A stretch of 63,531 nt of DNA, counting the filler, from Aduncisulcus paluster (lineage: Eukaryota): assembly GCA_024181965.1 (NCBI GenBank). It is 9 parts of 9 records of this genome, joined end to end, with 100 filler letters (N's around TTAATTAATTAA, not from the genome) between each part and the next. Parts side by side here need not be neighbours in the genome. Positions count along the whole stretch, not along the records: positions 29,966 to 55,409 come from BQXS01009742.1; 8 more parts are not named here. The stretch is one strand, 5' to 3'. The position numbers were made by a program, and so were the translations under genes. The notes beneath the pieces were generated by a model. That model had not been told where the DNA came from. It was given only the letters and a program-made list of their open reading frames with translations, and did no database searches. Shown in pieces: positions 40,269 to 52,530 of this stretch. Position 1 is the stretch's first letter. Each line of letters starts with the position of its first letter.

Positions 40269-40472
40269 ATGGGAAATATTTTTTCTTCATGCGGAAATAC
40301 TGCAAGCAATGCCTCAGTTCCATCAATTCCTTCTACAAATACTCAGACCCCTTCAATTTCGATTGCCCCACAAAAGCAACAATGTGGCGTAAATTGTGTT
40401 GTAACTTGGGCGTCAATCGCTATTTTATTGGTTTCCGTTGTGGCTTTTATCCTTCTTTTTGCCATTTTCTGA
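40269..40472 (+). CDS. Small putative membrane protein, 67 aa
   Basis: MGNIFSSC N-terminus (myristoylation-like) and C-terminal hydrophobic helix WASIAILLVSVVAFILLFAIF. Confidence 0.45.
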   Translation: MGNIFSSCGNTASNASVPSIPSTNTQTPSISIAPQKQQCGVNCVVTWASIAILLVSVVAFILLFAIF

Positions 40473-40744
40473 GTTGTTGCTGTTAACAGCTCTTGAACGG
40501 TTTTTTGAAACCTTATTAAATTCTTTTCACATACTTTTTATAATATAACATTTAATTTATCCAATCCCTCAAAATTTCCTTCTTTCTTCATTCCATTTTC
40601 AAATCTAAGTGATATTTATTGTATTATGAGAGTAAAATGGATTCTGTCGTCGAGTCTTTAAAAAGTTTCAAACTTTGAACAAGTTGGAAGTTTGTTTATT
40701 ATTGACAAAAGAAAAAGAATAAATCTGAAATTTCTTTGTTGATG

Positions 40745-43700
40745 TTATTTCAGTTGAGCAATTTTTTCACGTAATTTCTCTGTTTCACTCTCAGAAAGAG
40801 ATTCCATGATTTTAGCGAATTTAGCTCCTTCTTTTTCCTTATAAAGGATACATAAATCAATGACGGCCTTCTCACCTTCTTTATCCAGTACTGCAAGTCC
40901 CTGCATTTCTCCGACTTCCTCTTCTCTTTCCCTTGCGAAGAACAATTTCAAACAGTTATGCACAAATGTATCAACATCTTCAACTTTTCCTTTCTTCATC
41001 AGTTCAATCAAGAATGTCAGCAACATACGGGCCTCAAGAATATCTCCTCTTGTTTCTGGGAGACGTCTGATACACTCAGCAATGACGTTTGATAGCTCCA
41101 AAGACTGTTCCTTGAAAAATCTAAGATCTGGCAAACAAACAGCGCATCTCAAGAGCATTGTCAAGACACAATCGGTCAGACGGCTACGCTCTGGCTCATA
41201 TTGTTCCTCGTGCTTCAATGAACGCACAATGAAGGGAATTATAACCTCCTTTTGAACCTCAGGCGTCAGAGCTTCAGGGTATCTTTCAGCGATGACTGAG
41301 ATACCAAAGGCCGCATTCCGCTGTGCCACTGTACACTCACAAAGCTTGAAGAGTTGTACACAAGAAGACAACAGAGGCGATACAAAGAGTTTGACAATGT
41401 CCTTCTCTCCAGATTTGGAGTCAGAATGCCCCTCAGGACGGATTGTAAGACGTTTCTTACTCTCTTCACTCAGTTCTCCAATGGCATATTCGCTCATCAT
41501 GGCTGTTCTTGTTGTAATGGCTGAGAATGGGGATTCGATATTACCGAGACACACCAAGACATCAATGGCAATGGAAATAAAGGCAGCTTTATGGCAAGGG
41601 AGGGGGTAGATTGGATGGACAGGACGCTCAACCCATTGTTGGAACATGGTTCCGAACGCTGCATTCATCTTGACCACAAATGGGAGACCAAGGACAGCAA
41701 TACACCCACCGAGAAGTGTCTGGACACATACAAGGATCTTCCTGATGGTTTCTCCTCTGAGTTGGATTCGCTGAATGGCATCGATCATGTCCTCGGCCTC
41801 GTCTCCGGCTTTATCGAGAATAGAATCCGAAATATCACTGTCGAATTTCTCAGGATTATACTCACCAACGAGAAGACCTTCCAAGAGGATGTGTTGGAGA
41901 GAAGGGGAAAGCTCTCCGAAATATTCCAATGGGGCACCAGCAATGTCACCTTGAATATCTTCAGCAAGCATTTGAGAGGCAATTTCAGTTTCAATGTACT
42001 CACCAAGGTTAGTAAAAATGTATTCGATCGGAGAAATGATAACTTCAACATGGTCCATGAACACAGGTGCGAATTGAGTTGCCTTAACACCCATAACAGC
42101 ACTAGACATGGCATCAATAAGTGTCATTAAAACATCAGTCTCGCCTTCAGTTTCCATGTTCCTTACGATCGTCTCAAGGCCATCTTTGACGACCATTGTG
42201 ACCAATTCCTCCTTTTGGTGGTCTGTAAGCTTTTCACTGCTCACGATAATGAACATCATCTTCCCGATAATGTCGGCAGAGTATTTTTTGGCATTGTCAG
42301 AGAAGACATTCTTAATACCGGAAATGGCAGCATTGAAAATATCCTTGAGGAAAGGAATGCAGGCCTGTGGAACAACAAGGAGGAAGACATCGATGGTCTT
42401 CAGAGCATCAGCTCTCTCCTCGAGCGATGTGTTGTTAACCTGGAACTGAACATTACCAAAGTCCAAGAACTCTTCTCCATCCTCTTCGATATCAACGGCC
42501 TTGGGAGCAGTGATGACATCATCAGATTTGGTGGCAACTTCAAGGAGAGGGGGAAGGAGAGTGGGAATCCCATCTGCAAAGTCTTCCTTCAGAACTCGAG
42601 CAACACTCTGAAGAGCATCCATGAGATCCCCGCAGGCCATATCATCTGCGTTCTTGGACAAGACAAACAATGAACGATACAAAAGGTTGATCACTCTTTT
42701 GGCATGCTTCATGAAGGGTTTCTTTCCAACACTCTCACCCATTGAAGCGGCACAATCAATGAGTTTTCCACGGATAGTACCGTGGTTTGTTTCCTCTTTG
42801 CCATCAGCTTTCTCAGCCTCGGCGGTGAACTTCTCAAGCATGTCAAGAATGGCAGGCATGAAACCATCATACAAGGGGATGAATTCTTCCTCCATGTATA
42901 CAGCGAAGGTAGCAAGAAGAATAACTCCACTCTTCATGGTGTCGCCACGACCTTGGATTTTGAGGACATCTTTAACTGAATTGATGACATAGTCGGCACA
43001 TTCGGAGACGAGCTCAGGGGCTCCATGGTCAAATACGGCAGCAATGGCTCCACAGCAGCGGGATTTCACTCTGGGAGAGTCAGATTTAGCTCCCATTTCA
43101 GCGATCATCTCAATAAGATGCTTTCCATATTTTGTGGCAAATGAGGGCTTAAAATCAATGCACAAACGAGCAATACAATTGGCAAAACACCATTGGACAC
43201 GAACATGGGGATCCTTGGCCAGATGGAGAAGATGTTTGAGAAATCCCTCCATAATCTTTTCGCTAACACCACCTCTTCCAATACCCTCGGCAGCCAGTGT
43301 GAGGAGAGAGCAAGCAATGTACCTAAATTTCCAATCGGGACTGGCAGATGCTTGTTTGACAATATCCATGATAACGGGGGTAACAATGGAAGAACCAAGG
43401 AATTGGCAGATACGATCGGTGGCATCCTGCACATCGACAGTGGCCTGAGTCGTGACGTAATCTCCGATTCGCTCAGCCTTACTCCAGACATCAATATCAT
43501 CCTTCATTTCATTGGCAAGGAAGAGAGCAGCAACGGGGAGGAGCTCAGAGGCAAGATGGGGGACTTCTCTCCTCATTGTGGACGTCAATTGCTCACAAAG
43601 AGTGGTCTCTGCTTGGAATGCATATGAACGGATGGAAGAAGGCATTGATGGGTTGGCAGCAATATCCTTCAAATTAGCATGCAAAAACTTAACATGAGGA

Positions 43701-44470
43701 GCCAAGAACATAGGTTTATACAAACATAAATCGATAAGAGATGTGAGGATGTTGGAAGCAGCTTGGGCCCCCTCTTCTTTGTGAGAGAGGAGCTTAAGAA
43801 TGGTTTTGAAGATGAGTTGAATGAGGGGAGTATATGTGGAACATTTGGAAGATATGGATGGAATCTTACACAAACAGTTCATAATCAGACCAAGATCCTT
43901 TGGAGAAGGGGCAATTTCAAGCAGACCGTGGAATTTCTCATATATCTTCTGAAGGAATTCTTCGTGATGGGATTTATCTTCCATATCAATAAGATGACCA
44001 GTACATTCCGTAAATAATTGAAGAGAAAGTTTCTTAATCTCCCACTTAGGAGAATCCAACCACGCAAAGAACTTCTTAACGATCTCGGGGAATGACACAC
44101 CAGTTTTATCACTTATACCAACAGCAATGTGGGTAATGTATGATCCAATGGCTTCAATTACTTTTTTTCTGACTTGAGGGACGGATTCTTTTTCCAAATG
44201 CCGTAATAACATCTCTTTAACATTTCTAGAAAGGGCTGGCTTGGTATTATCACGAATAAAAGATCCAGTATTTCCGTTGAGCAGTCTTCTAAGTAAAACA
44301 AGTGCAAGGGCTCGTAAATTGGGGTCTGAAAGCTCCAAAGCCTTTTCATAGAGAGATAACGCCTTCTCAATTTCATTATTACGGAGATTCATCTCAATTC
44401 CCAATACTGTTCCGTAATTGGGATGTTTAGGGTCATTTAAGGCCTCAAAGAATGATTTTACCTCTTCCAT
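40745..44470 (-). CDS. IPO5: Importin-5 / Kap121-like karyopherin beta (HEAT repeats)
   Basis: LRALALVLLRR, SPDWKFRY, LAKDPHVRVQW, SPRVKSRCC, YDGFMP, IRGKLIDC...VGKKPF and TSLEERADAL motifs; 1241 aa. Confidence 0.88.
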   Translation of the reverse strand: MEEVKSFFEALNDPKHPNYGTVLGIEMNLRNNEIEKALSLYEKALELSDPNLRALALVLLRRLLNGNTGSFIRDNTKPALSRNVKEMLLRHLEKESVPQVRKKVIEAIGSYITHIAVGISDKTGVSFPEIVKKFFAWLDSPKWEIKKLSLQLFTECTGHLIDMEDKSHHEEFLQKIYEKFHGLLEIAPSPKDLGLIMNCLCKIPSISSKCSTYTPLIQLIFKTILKLLSHKEEGAQAASNILTSLIDLCLYKPMFLAPHVKFLHANLKDIAANPSMPSSIRSYAFQAETTLCEQLTSTMRREVPHLASELLPVAALFLANEMKDDIDVWSKAERIGDYVTTQATVDVQDATDRICQFLGSSIVTPVIMDIVKQASASPDWKFRYIACSLLTLAAEGIGRGGVSEKIMEGFLKHLLHLAKDPHVRVQWCFANCIARLCIDFKPSFATKYGKHLIEMIAEMGAKSDSPRVKSRCCGAIAAVFDHGAPELVSECADYVINSVKDVLKIQGRGDTMKSGVILLATFAVYMEEEFIPLYDGFMPAILDMLEKFTAEAEKADGKEETNHGTIRGKLIDCAASMGESVGKKPFMKHAKRVINLLYRSLFVLSKNADDMACGDLMDALQSVARVLKEDFADGIPTLLPPLLEVATKSDDVITAPKAVDIEEDGEEFLDFGNVQFQVNNTSLEERADALKTIDVFLLVVPQACIPFLKDIFNAAISGIKNVFSDNAKKYSADIIGKMMFIIVSSEKLTDHQKEELVTMVVKDGLETIVRNMETEGETDVLMTLIDAMSSAVMGVKATQFAPVFMDHVEVIISPIEYIFTNLGEYIETEIASQMLAEDIQGDIAGAPLEYFGELSPSLQHILLEGLLVGEYNPEKFDSDISDSILDKAGDEAEDMIDAIQRIQLRGETIRKILVCVQTLLGGCIAVLGLPFVVKMNAAFGTMFQQWVERPVHPIYPLPCHKAAFISIAIDVLVCLGNIESPFSAITTRTAMMSEYAIGELSEESKKRLTIRPEGHSDSKSGEKDIVKLFVSPLLSSCVQLFKLCECTVAQRNAAFGISVIAERYPEALTPEVQKEVIIPFIVRSLKHEEQYEPERSRLTDCVLTMLLRCAVCLPDLRFFKEQSLELSNVIAECIRRLPETRGDILEARMLLTFLIELMKKGKVEDVDTFVHNCLKLFFAREREEEVGEMQGLAVLDKEGEKAVIDLCILYKEKEGAKFAKIMESLSESETEKLREKIAQLK

Positions 44471-44671
44471 TTAGAGAGAACCACCAACAAATGGAGATCG
44501 CCGAACGATCAATTCACTCACGATGAAGCTAAAAACATCCCCTCATGAAGGAATGCAAAATTTATATTTTCAATGAATCCTGTGCTGAATATTAATTTAT
44601 TATTTTCATGAAGTTGTTTTTCAAGGAACAATTTTTATTATTGATGGAATGGTCTTTTTCTGAGGAAAGGA

Positions 44672-47600
44672 ATGATGTCATCTGAAGATATCGAGAAAAA
44701 AATAGAAGATGAAACTGGTTGGAGGAGATACTTTGATCCAGCCAACAAAAGAAACTATTATTATAACTCCATATCCAAAGGGGCATCTGTCTGGCTTCCA
44801 CCAGGTGAATTTGTCACAAAAGCAAAAAAATATGGCTTAAAATTGAATGAAGAAGAAAAATCTTGCGTAATTTCATCTTCAGAAATGGCTGAACTTGCAG
44901 AAGCCTATCTACTCCAAAAGTATCATGATCCTACACCTCTGAACAGGATTTATGAGTGGAGAAAAGTCATTACACAATACAATTGTCAACCGTCATTGAA
45001 AGATGGGAAGGCTGATTTTTTGAATTGCGAGTCTAAACTGGATAAAGAAGAAAAATACTATTTGTTTCCTTCCAAACAAAAGAGAAGCCAAGAATATAAC
45101 AAATGGGATCAGGCAGCTTCTAAATTAGAGACATATAAGAAAAAGTTCATTGGACGTGCCAAGATCAAGTTTCATGAATTCTTAAAGAAATTTCTTACCT
45201 TTGTTCGTTATGATCCTGATGAGCGCAAATCATTTATCATCAAAGAGCACGTGGAACAAAAAGAATCATTTCTTCTTACCTTTTCATCAATTGAGCATCG
45301 ATCAAGCTCTTCTTGTACTTTGACAACCTCTGAAACGCCTGAGCTGAACGAATCCTATGAAAAACGGCTAAAATCGGCACTTCATACAGAATCTAACGAT
45401 AATATTGGCAAGTATCTATCCCCTTTCCACCCAGAATTCGTCCGTCAGCTTGAAGATGATTCTACCCTTCACCGTGCAGATTTCGTCACCCCTACGGTCG
45501 CTGCCCCTCTTTTGTCTCTTTACACGGCTTCAGATGTCCCCCATGGTGGAAAATTGACCTATCGTGAGTTTTTAAAGCACCCTTTATGCTCTGAGTGTAT
45601 TATGAAAATTATTGTTGAAGAAGTGAAGAAGTCTCCTCTGCANNNNNNNNNNNNNNNNNNNNTATCTATCCCCTTTCCACCCAGAATTCGTCCGTCAGCT
45701 TGAAGATGATTCTACCCTTCACCGTGCAGATTTCGTCACCCCTACGGTCGCTGCCCCTCTTTTGTCTCTTTACACGGCTTCAGATGTCCCCCATGGTGGA
45801 AAATTGACCTATCGTGAGTTTTTAAAGCACCCTTTATGCTCTGAGTGTATTATGAAAATTATTGTTGAAGAAGTGAAGAAGTCTCCTCTGCAAAAGCTTG
45901 ACGTTGGTTTGTACGATGAATCCGATGTTATCAAGAAGATTAAGGAAGAGATGGACACTGGTTGTGACCAATATCTCTCCTACACTGCATTCGCTTCTCC
46001 TGCAAATGCCCTTCCATCGAATCTCATCCCGTTTTGTATGGTTTTAGCTGAAACACTCAGAGAACCATGCGAACACACGACCTTGAACTTTTTGAAGAAG
46101 ATCCACCTTAAACTTGAGGGAGAAAGGGAGAATGCGAGAAAACTATGCTTAAATGTTTGTGAGAAAGTGTTGATTTCTATTTTTAGAAATCAAAAAGATT
46201 CTGAGAAAGAGATGGAATCATATTTGAAATTGAAGGAAGAAGCTGAGAAAGCCAAAGAACAACCAAAATCTGAAGAGTTGAAAGAAGATAAAGAAGAAGA
46301 GAAAGAAGAAGAGAAGAAAGAGGAGAAAGAAGATAAAGAGAAGGAGAAGAAGGAAGAGAGGAAGAGAAGGAAGAAGAGGAAGAAAAGGAAGAAGAGGAAG
46401 AAAAGGAAGAAGAGGAAGAAAAGGAAGAAGAGGAAGAAAAGGAAGAAGAGGAAGAAAAGGAAGAAGAGGAAGAAAAGGAAGAAGAGGAAGAAAAGGAAAC
46501 GGAGGGAAAGAAATTCATTGACGAAAAGAAAGAAGAGGAGAAGAAAGATGAAGTTTTTGATGAACAAAAGAAAGAGGAAGTGAAAGAAAAAGAAGAGGAA
46601 CAACAAGAAGAGAAAGAAGATCTCGCCATTCCTGAAATGTTCCCAATTCTGCCATATCCCTCATTTGTCCTTTTCCTGTGTTCTTTCCACCCTATTTCAA
46701 AACCTCTCTTTAGTTTCCTCAATTCCAAAGAAGTGGATCGTCTTTGGAAAGAAATTGAGAGAAAAGAGAAACTCCGTCAAGATCAACACAATTATGAGCG
46801 AGCCACAGATACTCTGAAAGAAAACCTGGCTGCATGGACAGGAATGCCAGCTGAAATTCTGAAGACTCGGATGGAAGAAGAAGAAAACGCTTGGAAACTC
46901 TCTGAAAAGAAGAGAGCCGAAGAAGAGGAGAAACAGCGTATCATCAAAGCATTGAGCGATCCTTTCTCACTTGAATTTGCCCTTCACGAGAAATCTGACC
47001 CTCTTTTGTTGTTGCATGAAAAACAGAAGAAAGAGGAAGAAGCACGTCAACAAGAAAAGGAAAAGTTACTCGCAAAAAGTCTTCGTAAATTGCGCAAAAA
47101 ACAAGCCACAATAATAACTGAGGCTGACGATTCGACCAACTCGATTGTTCCTGTAACCTCCGATGCTGATGTAACCTCCGATGTTGCTGATGTGTCTGAT
47201 GACATCGAGGTTTCTCTCCCGCCTCTTTCCTGTCTTTCTTCCCTTCAATCTTCCCTCCCTCAGCCTCTTCTGCTCCTTCTCTCCTGCTGCCGGACTGTGC
47301 TGTCCTCTGTGTCATGTGAGTGTGCAATCACTGGAAAAAGAAGATATAAGAGTAGGGAAGAAAGGATGGTCAAAGAGAAGAAGAGGAGAGAAGATTACGT
47401 TGCTTTACTATGTGAAATTGTATGTTCCTTATCTTTTCCGAAACCAATACCTGAGTCTGCCTCTGAATCTACTTCTGAGAAATTCAAGAAGGATTTGAGT
47501 GAATTACTGGTCAAACTGTATCCAAACCCTTCATCAACCCTCACTCGTCATCTTCGGGATTTCTTTGTGAAATCTTTGCGTCCAGTCATGCGGAAATATC

Positions 47601-47833
47601 CACAGAGTCGCGAACTTAAAGAAAACTCGGATGGTCTTGTTGACGCCGATTTGTGGTCCCTTGTTGTGGGGCCTATTGTTGTAGAACGTCTTATTAGAGC
47701 GTTTAGAATTGTTTCTCATTCGAACTCATCCCAAATATGGAAGGGTGAAGATGAGGAGGAGGATATGAAGGAAGAAAAATTGCCTAGAGTGGAGCATTGG
47801 GCCTACCAAATTGCTGAACGTTCAAATAAATAA
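44672..47833 (+). CDS. WW-domain protein with Glu/Lys-rich repeats; reconstructed across one gap and one frameshift
   Basis: N-terminal GWRRYFDPANKRNYYYNSISKGASVWLPP (WW). Duplicate 45413-45642/45663-45892. Frame switch near 46355 into EEEEK repeats that continue into ORF 46580..47833. Confidence 0.7.
46371..46499 (+). repeat. 15-bp tandem repeat (GAAGAGGAAGAAAAG)n, about 8-9 copies, coding EEEEK
   Basis: Directly visible minisatellite. Confidence 0.9.
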
Positions 47834-48045
47834 AAAAAATAATCGAATTTTGTTTTGAAAATTTGTTATTTCCCGGTTTTGGGGTGGATTGAGGGTTTTC
47901 TCTCTATTCTAAGTGATGAACTGGTTAAATAATAATATTATTATTTCAAACTGAATATTACCGCCTGAAATTGATAAAATGTGCCAAAATTGAACTTTTT
48001 TTACGATTAGTGGATATTTTCAATTGTAGAGCTCGATTTGTCGTC

Positions 48046-49930
48046 ATGTCGTATCATAGGTATGGTGGAAGTAGACCGCAGAGGCCACCAGAGAGATGTA
48101 TACAGATTCAAGATGCAGTTACTGGTGTTTCTCCCCCGCCTTTTTTAGGAAAGCAAACATACCATCCAAATAACCCATCATTATTGGTAAATGGTGTCAA
48201 AAAGCATTGTCATACTGATTTTGAAAAAGATAATTCATTTTATATATATTTTAACAAGCTTTCATTTGGTCCTTTCCCACATCCAATATCCATACAGTCA
48301 ATATTTTGGAGGCTCGCTACAACTCCGAAGCATGGTCAATATCCATATATATTTCATTTTTTATTCTATACTGATCCCCCTGGGAAGACATCCCTTGCTT
48401 ACGATGAAGATGCCACTGTAATCTATAAATTTCCTTTTCGTGTTCCAGTTCTCTCGACCGATTGGTTTATTTGTCCAATTAAGCTCGATAATGTCCGTAA
48501 AATTGAAATGATAGGCGAAAGGAACTGGAAAATAGCCCTCCAAGTTCACCAAGGACCTCCACCCATTCCCCCACCCCCTGTGGATGAGGAAGAGGAGCTG
48601 GCCTCACTTAATGACTGGGGTAGACAAGTATATAGGCAGATAGCCATTTCATGCATTAGAATTGTGAAGTCTCGGCGAAGAGAGTCCTGGTCTTCTTATG
48701 ATTATCTGAAAGACAAAGAGGAAGAGGAAGAGGAGGAAGAGAAAAAAAGGCATGAAGTTGAGTTGAAGAGAAAGGAAGAAAGATCGAAAAAAGTAGAACA
48801 AAGAAAAGAGGAAGAGGAAAAAAAGAGGAGAGAGTTTGAGGATGAAAGGAGAAAATTGGAAGAAAAAATACGAAAAGAAAAGGAAGAGGAGAATAGGAAA
48901 AGAATTGAAGAAACAATTAGGAAAGAACTTGAAGAAAAAGAGGAAAAGAAAAGAAAAGAAGAAGAGGAAAAAAAGAGAAAAGAAGAAGAGAAAAGAAGAG
49001 AAAAAGAAGAAGAGAGGAAGAAGAGAAGAAGAAGAAAGAAAACGAAAGGAAGAAGAAAAGAAAAGGAAGGAAGAAGAGATAAGAAGGAAGAAAGAAGAGG
49101 TCAGAAGGAGGAAAGAAGAGGAAAGAAGAAAAGAAGAATTGAAGAGACTGTCTTCTCTTGAAGGAACCTTAACATCAGTGAAAGAAAGGGAAGAAGAGAG
49201 AGCGAAAGAAGAGAAGAAGAAATCCAAAAAGTTCAAAGAAATATATAAAAGCATCTCTGAAATTGAAAAATCCATCTCCAAAATTAAAGAAATTGACAGA
49301 ATGAAAAGGAGAGATTACGATTTGCATATCTCTGAGTTGACTCACAGTCTCACATCGCTTCGAGGAGAGGTGTTTATAACTCAGAAAGAGGAAAGAAAGA
49401 AACATACATTGGAATTGCAAGCTCAACAAGAAATGTTTAGGAGAATATTACTGAAATGTGAAGATTCCATTGAGAATCAAAGAAAACTATTTATAGATTT
49501 TGAGAAAAAAGTGAAAAATCAAGAGGACTTGTTGCGTTCTCAAATGGAATTTTACAAACTTCAATCCGAAGAACTCCAAAGTGAAAAAGACAGAATCCTC
49601 TCCAAAATGAAGATATTTGAAGTGAAATGGGAATCGCAAAAGAAGACTGTCGATTCTATTGTCAAAATCCAAGAAGAACAGGCTTACAAAATCCAACGCC
49701 ATTCTCAACAATTCCACGAAAGAAAAAGTGTCGAAGAAATGCTTCATTCCCAAATTGCCATGTCCTCAGCTTCTACAAGGAAAAGAAGATATTTCTCACC
49801 AAGTTCCTACATTGGATCACAGTTGTTGTCTCCTGGGACAAGTCCATCCTATGTCAGTCCTGTCCAGTCGGATAATACTCCAAGATTACCCATAATTCCG
49901 AAAGATAAGAGTGAAAAGGAAAAGCGTTGA
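48046..49930 (+). CDS. Hypothetical protein: N-terminal beta-rich globular domain plus long charged coiled coil; frameshift near 49010-49050
   Basis: ORFs 47971..49161 (ATG 48046) and 48836..49930 overlap in a purine run. Confidence 0.7.
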
Positions 49931-50403
49931 TTGATTGTTAATCAATATTATTGCTTATTTCTATAGTTTTCTATATTATGTATATAGTATAGTACAGTAT
50001 CTCTATGGCTTTTGTTTATCCATCTCAAGAAAAAGGATATTTTCTCAATCCTTATGCAATTCACGTACTACGTTGAATGTGCCACATTACCAGTGGTAAT
50101 GGAGATCATGGAACCAATAGTCTCCTCAGAATTGACCACTCTATTGTAGTGACAGCCCTGAGGTAATCATCGATTTTTTGTGAAGTGTTCTATACTTGGA
50201 CTATAATTTAAAGCAATATTAATAGGCCTCGGGCAACGTGTTTTCTTGTTGAATGGGTACAGTCATTTACGATAATAAAATTGCGACAAATCAATTCTTA
50301 GGAACTATTTACAGCTAATTTGATATTAATTTCAGCCAATATCGGAATTTAGCACAGTTTCTAAGAAAGTTGGGTTTTCTTGCCAACATACAAAATTATA
50401 AGG

Positions 50404-51096
50404 ATGAGTGAAATTCCTATCGCACGAAAAGTGGCCCCTAGAACCAGAGAAGAGAGAAAAGCTAGTAAGGATAAGTATGTATAGCTAAATTTTGTTTATT
50501 GTTAGTTATCTCCGAAATTCATTGATATTTTTTTTAATAATGCCATGATTTTTATTTATTATCCAATTACTTTATTAATTTGAAACACCTTCCATCACTT
50601 TTTTTTCTTTATTAGAGAGTCTATCGAGAAACAGAGATTACAGGATCGCAGAGAAAAATACTATAAATATGAAGACTCGGGTTTAACTTGCGTCGATCCA
50701 AAATCAGCCATGTTTCAACCTGATTCGCAGAGATTTGTGTCTTCTGCTGCAGAGGATGAAAGGACACGTTCAATTGATAAAAGAAGAAGAGATGCCTCTC
50801 GTTGGGAGTTTAAACAAGATTTATCTCGCCAAAGAGAAGAAACAAGAAGGACACAAATGGAAAAGGAAAAAGATTTCGAAAAGAAACGAATGGATATGAA
50901 AAAGACAACTCTTGGAACCAAGAATCAATCTGGATGCTGTTATGACATCATTACTCACAAATATACAAAGGGAGATGCGGCTATTAGAGAACAACGTAAA
51001 GAAGATGCAGCTTGGCAGAGAGCCACTGATAGGCGTCAGTTCTTAGGTAAAATGAACAAAAGTTTTACTTTACAAGAACAATTCGGAGGTAAATGA
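50404..51096 (+). CDS. Hypothetical charged helical protein; exons 50404-50474 and 50616-51096
   Basis: Removing the GTATGT...pyrimidine tract...TAG intron 50475-50615 (141 nt) joins ATG 50404 in frame to ORF 50710..51096. Confidence 0.75.
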
Positions 51097-51723
51097 TGTG
51101 TTGATAGGAATGGCCTATCCGAATCACCATAATATATATATTTTTTTCTACTATTTGGCGAAGCAAATAACCCACATGAAAATGGCAATGCTGAGGGTGA
51201 TCAAATTAATGTTCATTGAGCAAGGCCACATCAAAGCTTTCCTATGGCAATAGCCACTCTTGAATAAATATTAGAAGGGAAGCGAAAGTGTAATTATGAG
51301 ATACGTGGAGCGGTATTTCCTCTTCCATGAAAAGTGTCTCCGGGGTTCCACAACAACCCCGACCAGATTCTGAATAATTCCTTTTTGCATCATGCACCAA
51401 ATGATTTGGAATTCCCGGAATTCCTTTCAAAGGAAGAGCCAAGTTGGCGAAGGGCCTTCGAATCGCTATTTTCCTGATAATACCACATTTATGTCCTCAT
51501 CAATATATATATTATTACAAGAAATTTCGAGAAGGTATGCATTCTCTTTTTCTATTATTTTTTGTTGGCTTATTTGTGACGGCCTAATTGTTTTCTCATA
51601 ATTTCGTTTTCCTTATTCGTAATTTAAATATTTATATCTTATATTTATTTTTTATTACATTATAGAATTATATCTGGCGATCTATATTCATTTCCTGAGC
51701 TTAAGAGGGTATTTTCTGGAGTT

Positions 51724-52530
51724 ATGCAAATTGTTGTCGAAGAAGCGACAGTTGACCTTGAAAACTTATTATTTCTTGATGAATATCGAAGATTTAAACT
51801 TCCTCAGGCGCCCCCGACGCGTTCTTTGAATCAAATTCGAACTCCAAAGAAAGAAGCCACAAGTTGCTTCTCTCTTGATCTCCCCGATCTCGATCTGAGT
51901 GGACAAAAAGGAATATCAATTTTACCAGACGTAGAGAAAAAAACCTCCGATTCTTCAGAGTATTCAGATAGTGATGAATCGAGTATCGTTCATTATGATC
52001 GGAATGGTCAACTTGCGAAAGATTCATCCGATGGATCGGAGAAAAGCGATGATCACGTTGCCAGTGAGGATTTCGGAAGTTTTGCTTCGGGTAATCCAAC
52101 GGATGGAGGCAGTTCTGGCGATGCTGAGGAGGATTCTGAAGGAAGTCGTGGATATGATGATCGTATGAGAGATTTAGAGGAAGTAGAAGAGACATTCGAT
52201 GCTACAATGCATATCGAACAACTCGATGCATCGTTAGCAGGCACTTCCTCGCCTGGAATTAAAAGTATGGACTCTCTCCTTGATGAAGGTGATCTTGAAG
52301 ATCTGAAATGGGGAAAGGGACGTAAAGAATGGGAAAAGAATCGGAAAGAGGTTAAAAAGAGTCTATTTGTTAAACCCGATTCAAAATATATTGCTGGTGA
52401 TACTCTTAATGCGCTTTTATTTGATTTGCATGTTGCTGTTGCTGATATTTTGAAAGAATCATTAGAACAAAAGGAAAGTAGGCTAAAACTTGGGGCTGGA
52501 ATGCTAAGAGATTTCGAAGAAAAGTGTTAA
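51724..52530 (+). CDS. Hypothetical acidic protein, 268 aa
   Basis: ATG ORF with AT-rich flanks. Confidence 0.7.
   Translation: MQIVVEEATVDLENLLFLDEYRRFKLPQAPPTRSLNQIRTPKKEATSCFSLDLPDLDLSGQKGISILPDVEKKTSDSSEYSDSDESSIVHYDRNGQLAKDSSDGSEKSDDHVASEDFGSFASGNPTDGGSSGDAEEDSEGSRGYDDRMRDLEEVEETFDATMHIEQLDASLAGTSSPGIKSMDSLLDEGDLEDLKWGKGRKEWEKNRKEVKKSLFVKPDSKYIAGDTLNALLFDLHVAVADILKESLEQKESRLKLGAGMLRDFEEKC

Noticed and set aside
46371-46499. CRISPR-like array
   Set aside because: Spacer-less coding minisatellite in a eukaryotic gene; no cas genes.
46183-49281. Antisense Phe/Leu/Ser-rich ORFs and alternative-frame poly-Lys/Arg ORFs
   Set aside because: They are shadows of GAA-rich coding sequence; the same applies to most short overlapping ORFs in the track.
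51437-51468. A-box-like AGCCAAGTTGG near TTCGAATC
   Set aside because: The two motifs are only about 20 nt apart and no cloverleaf forms.
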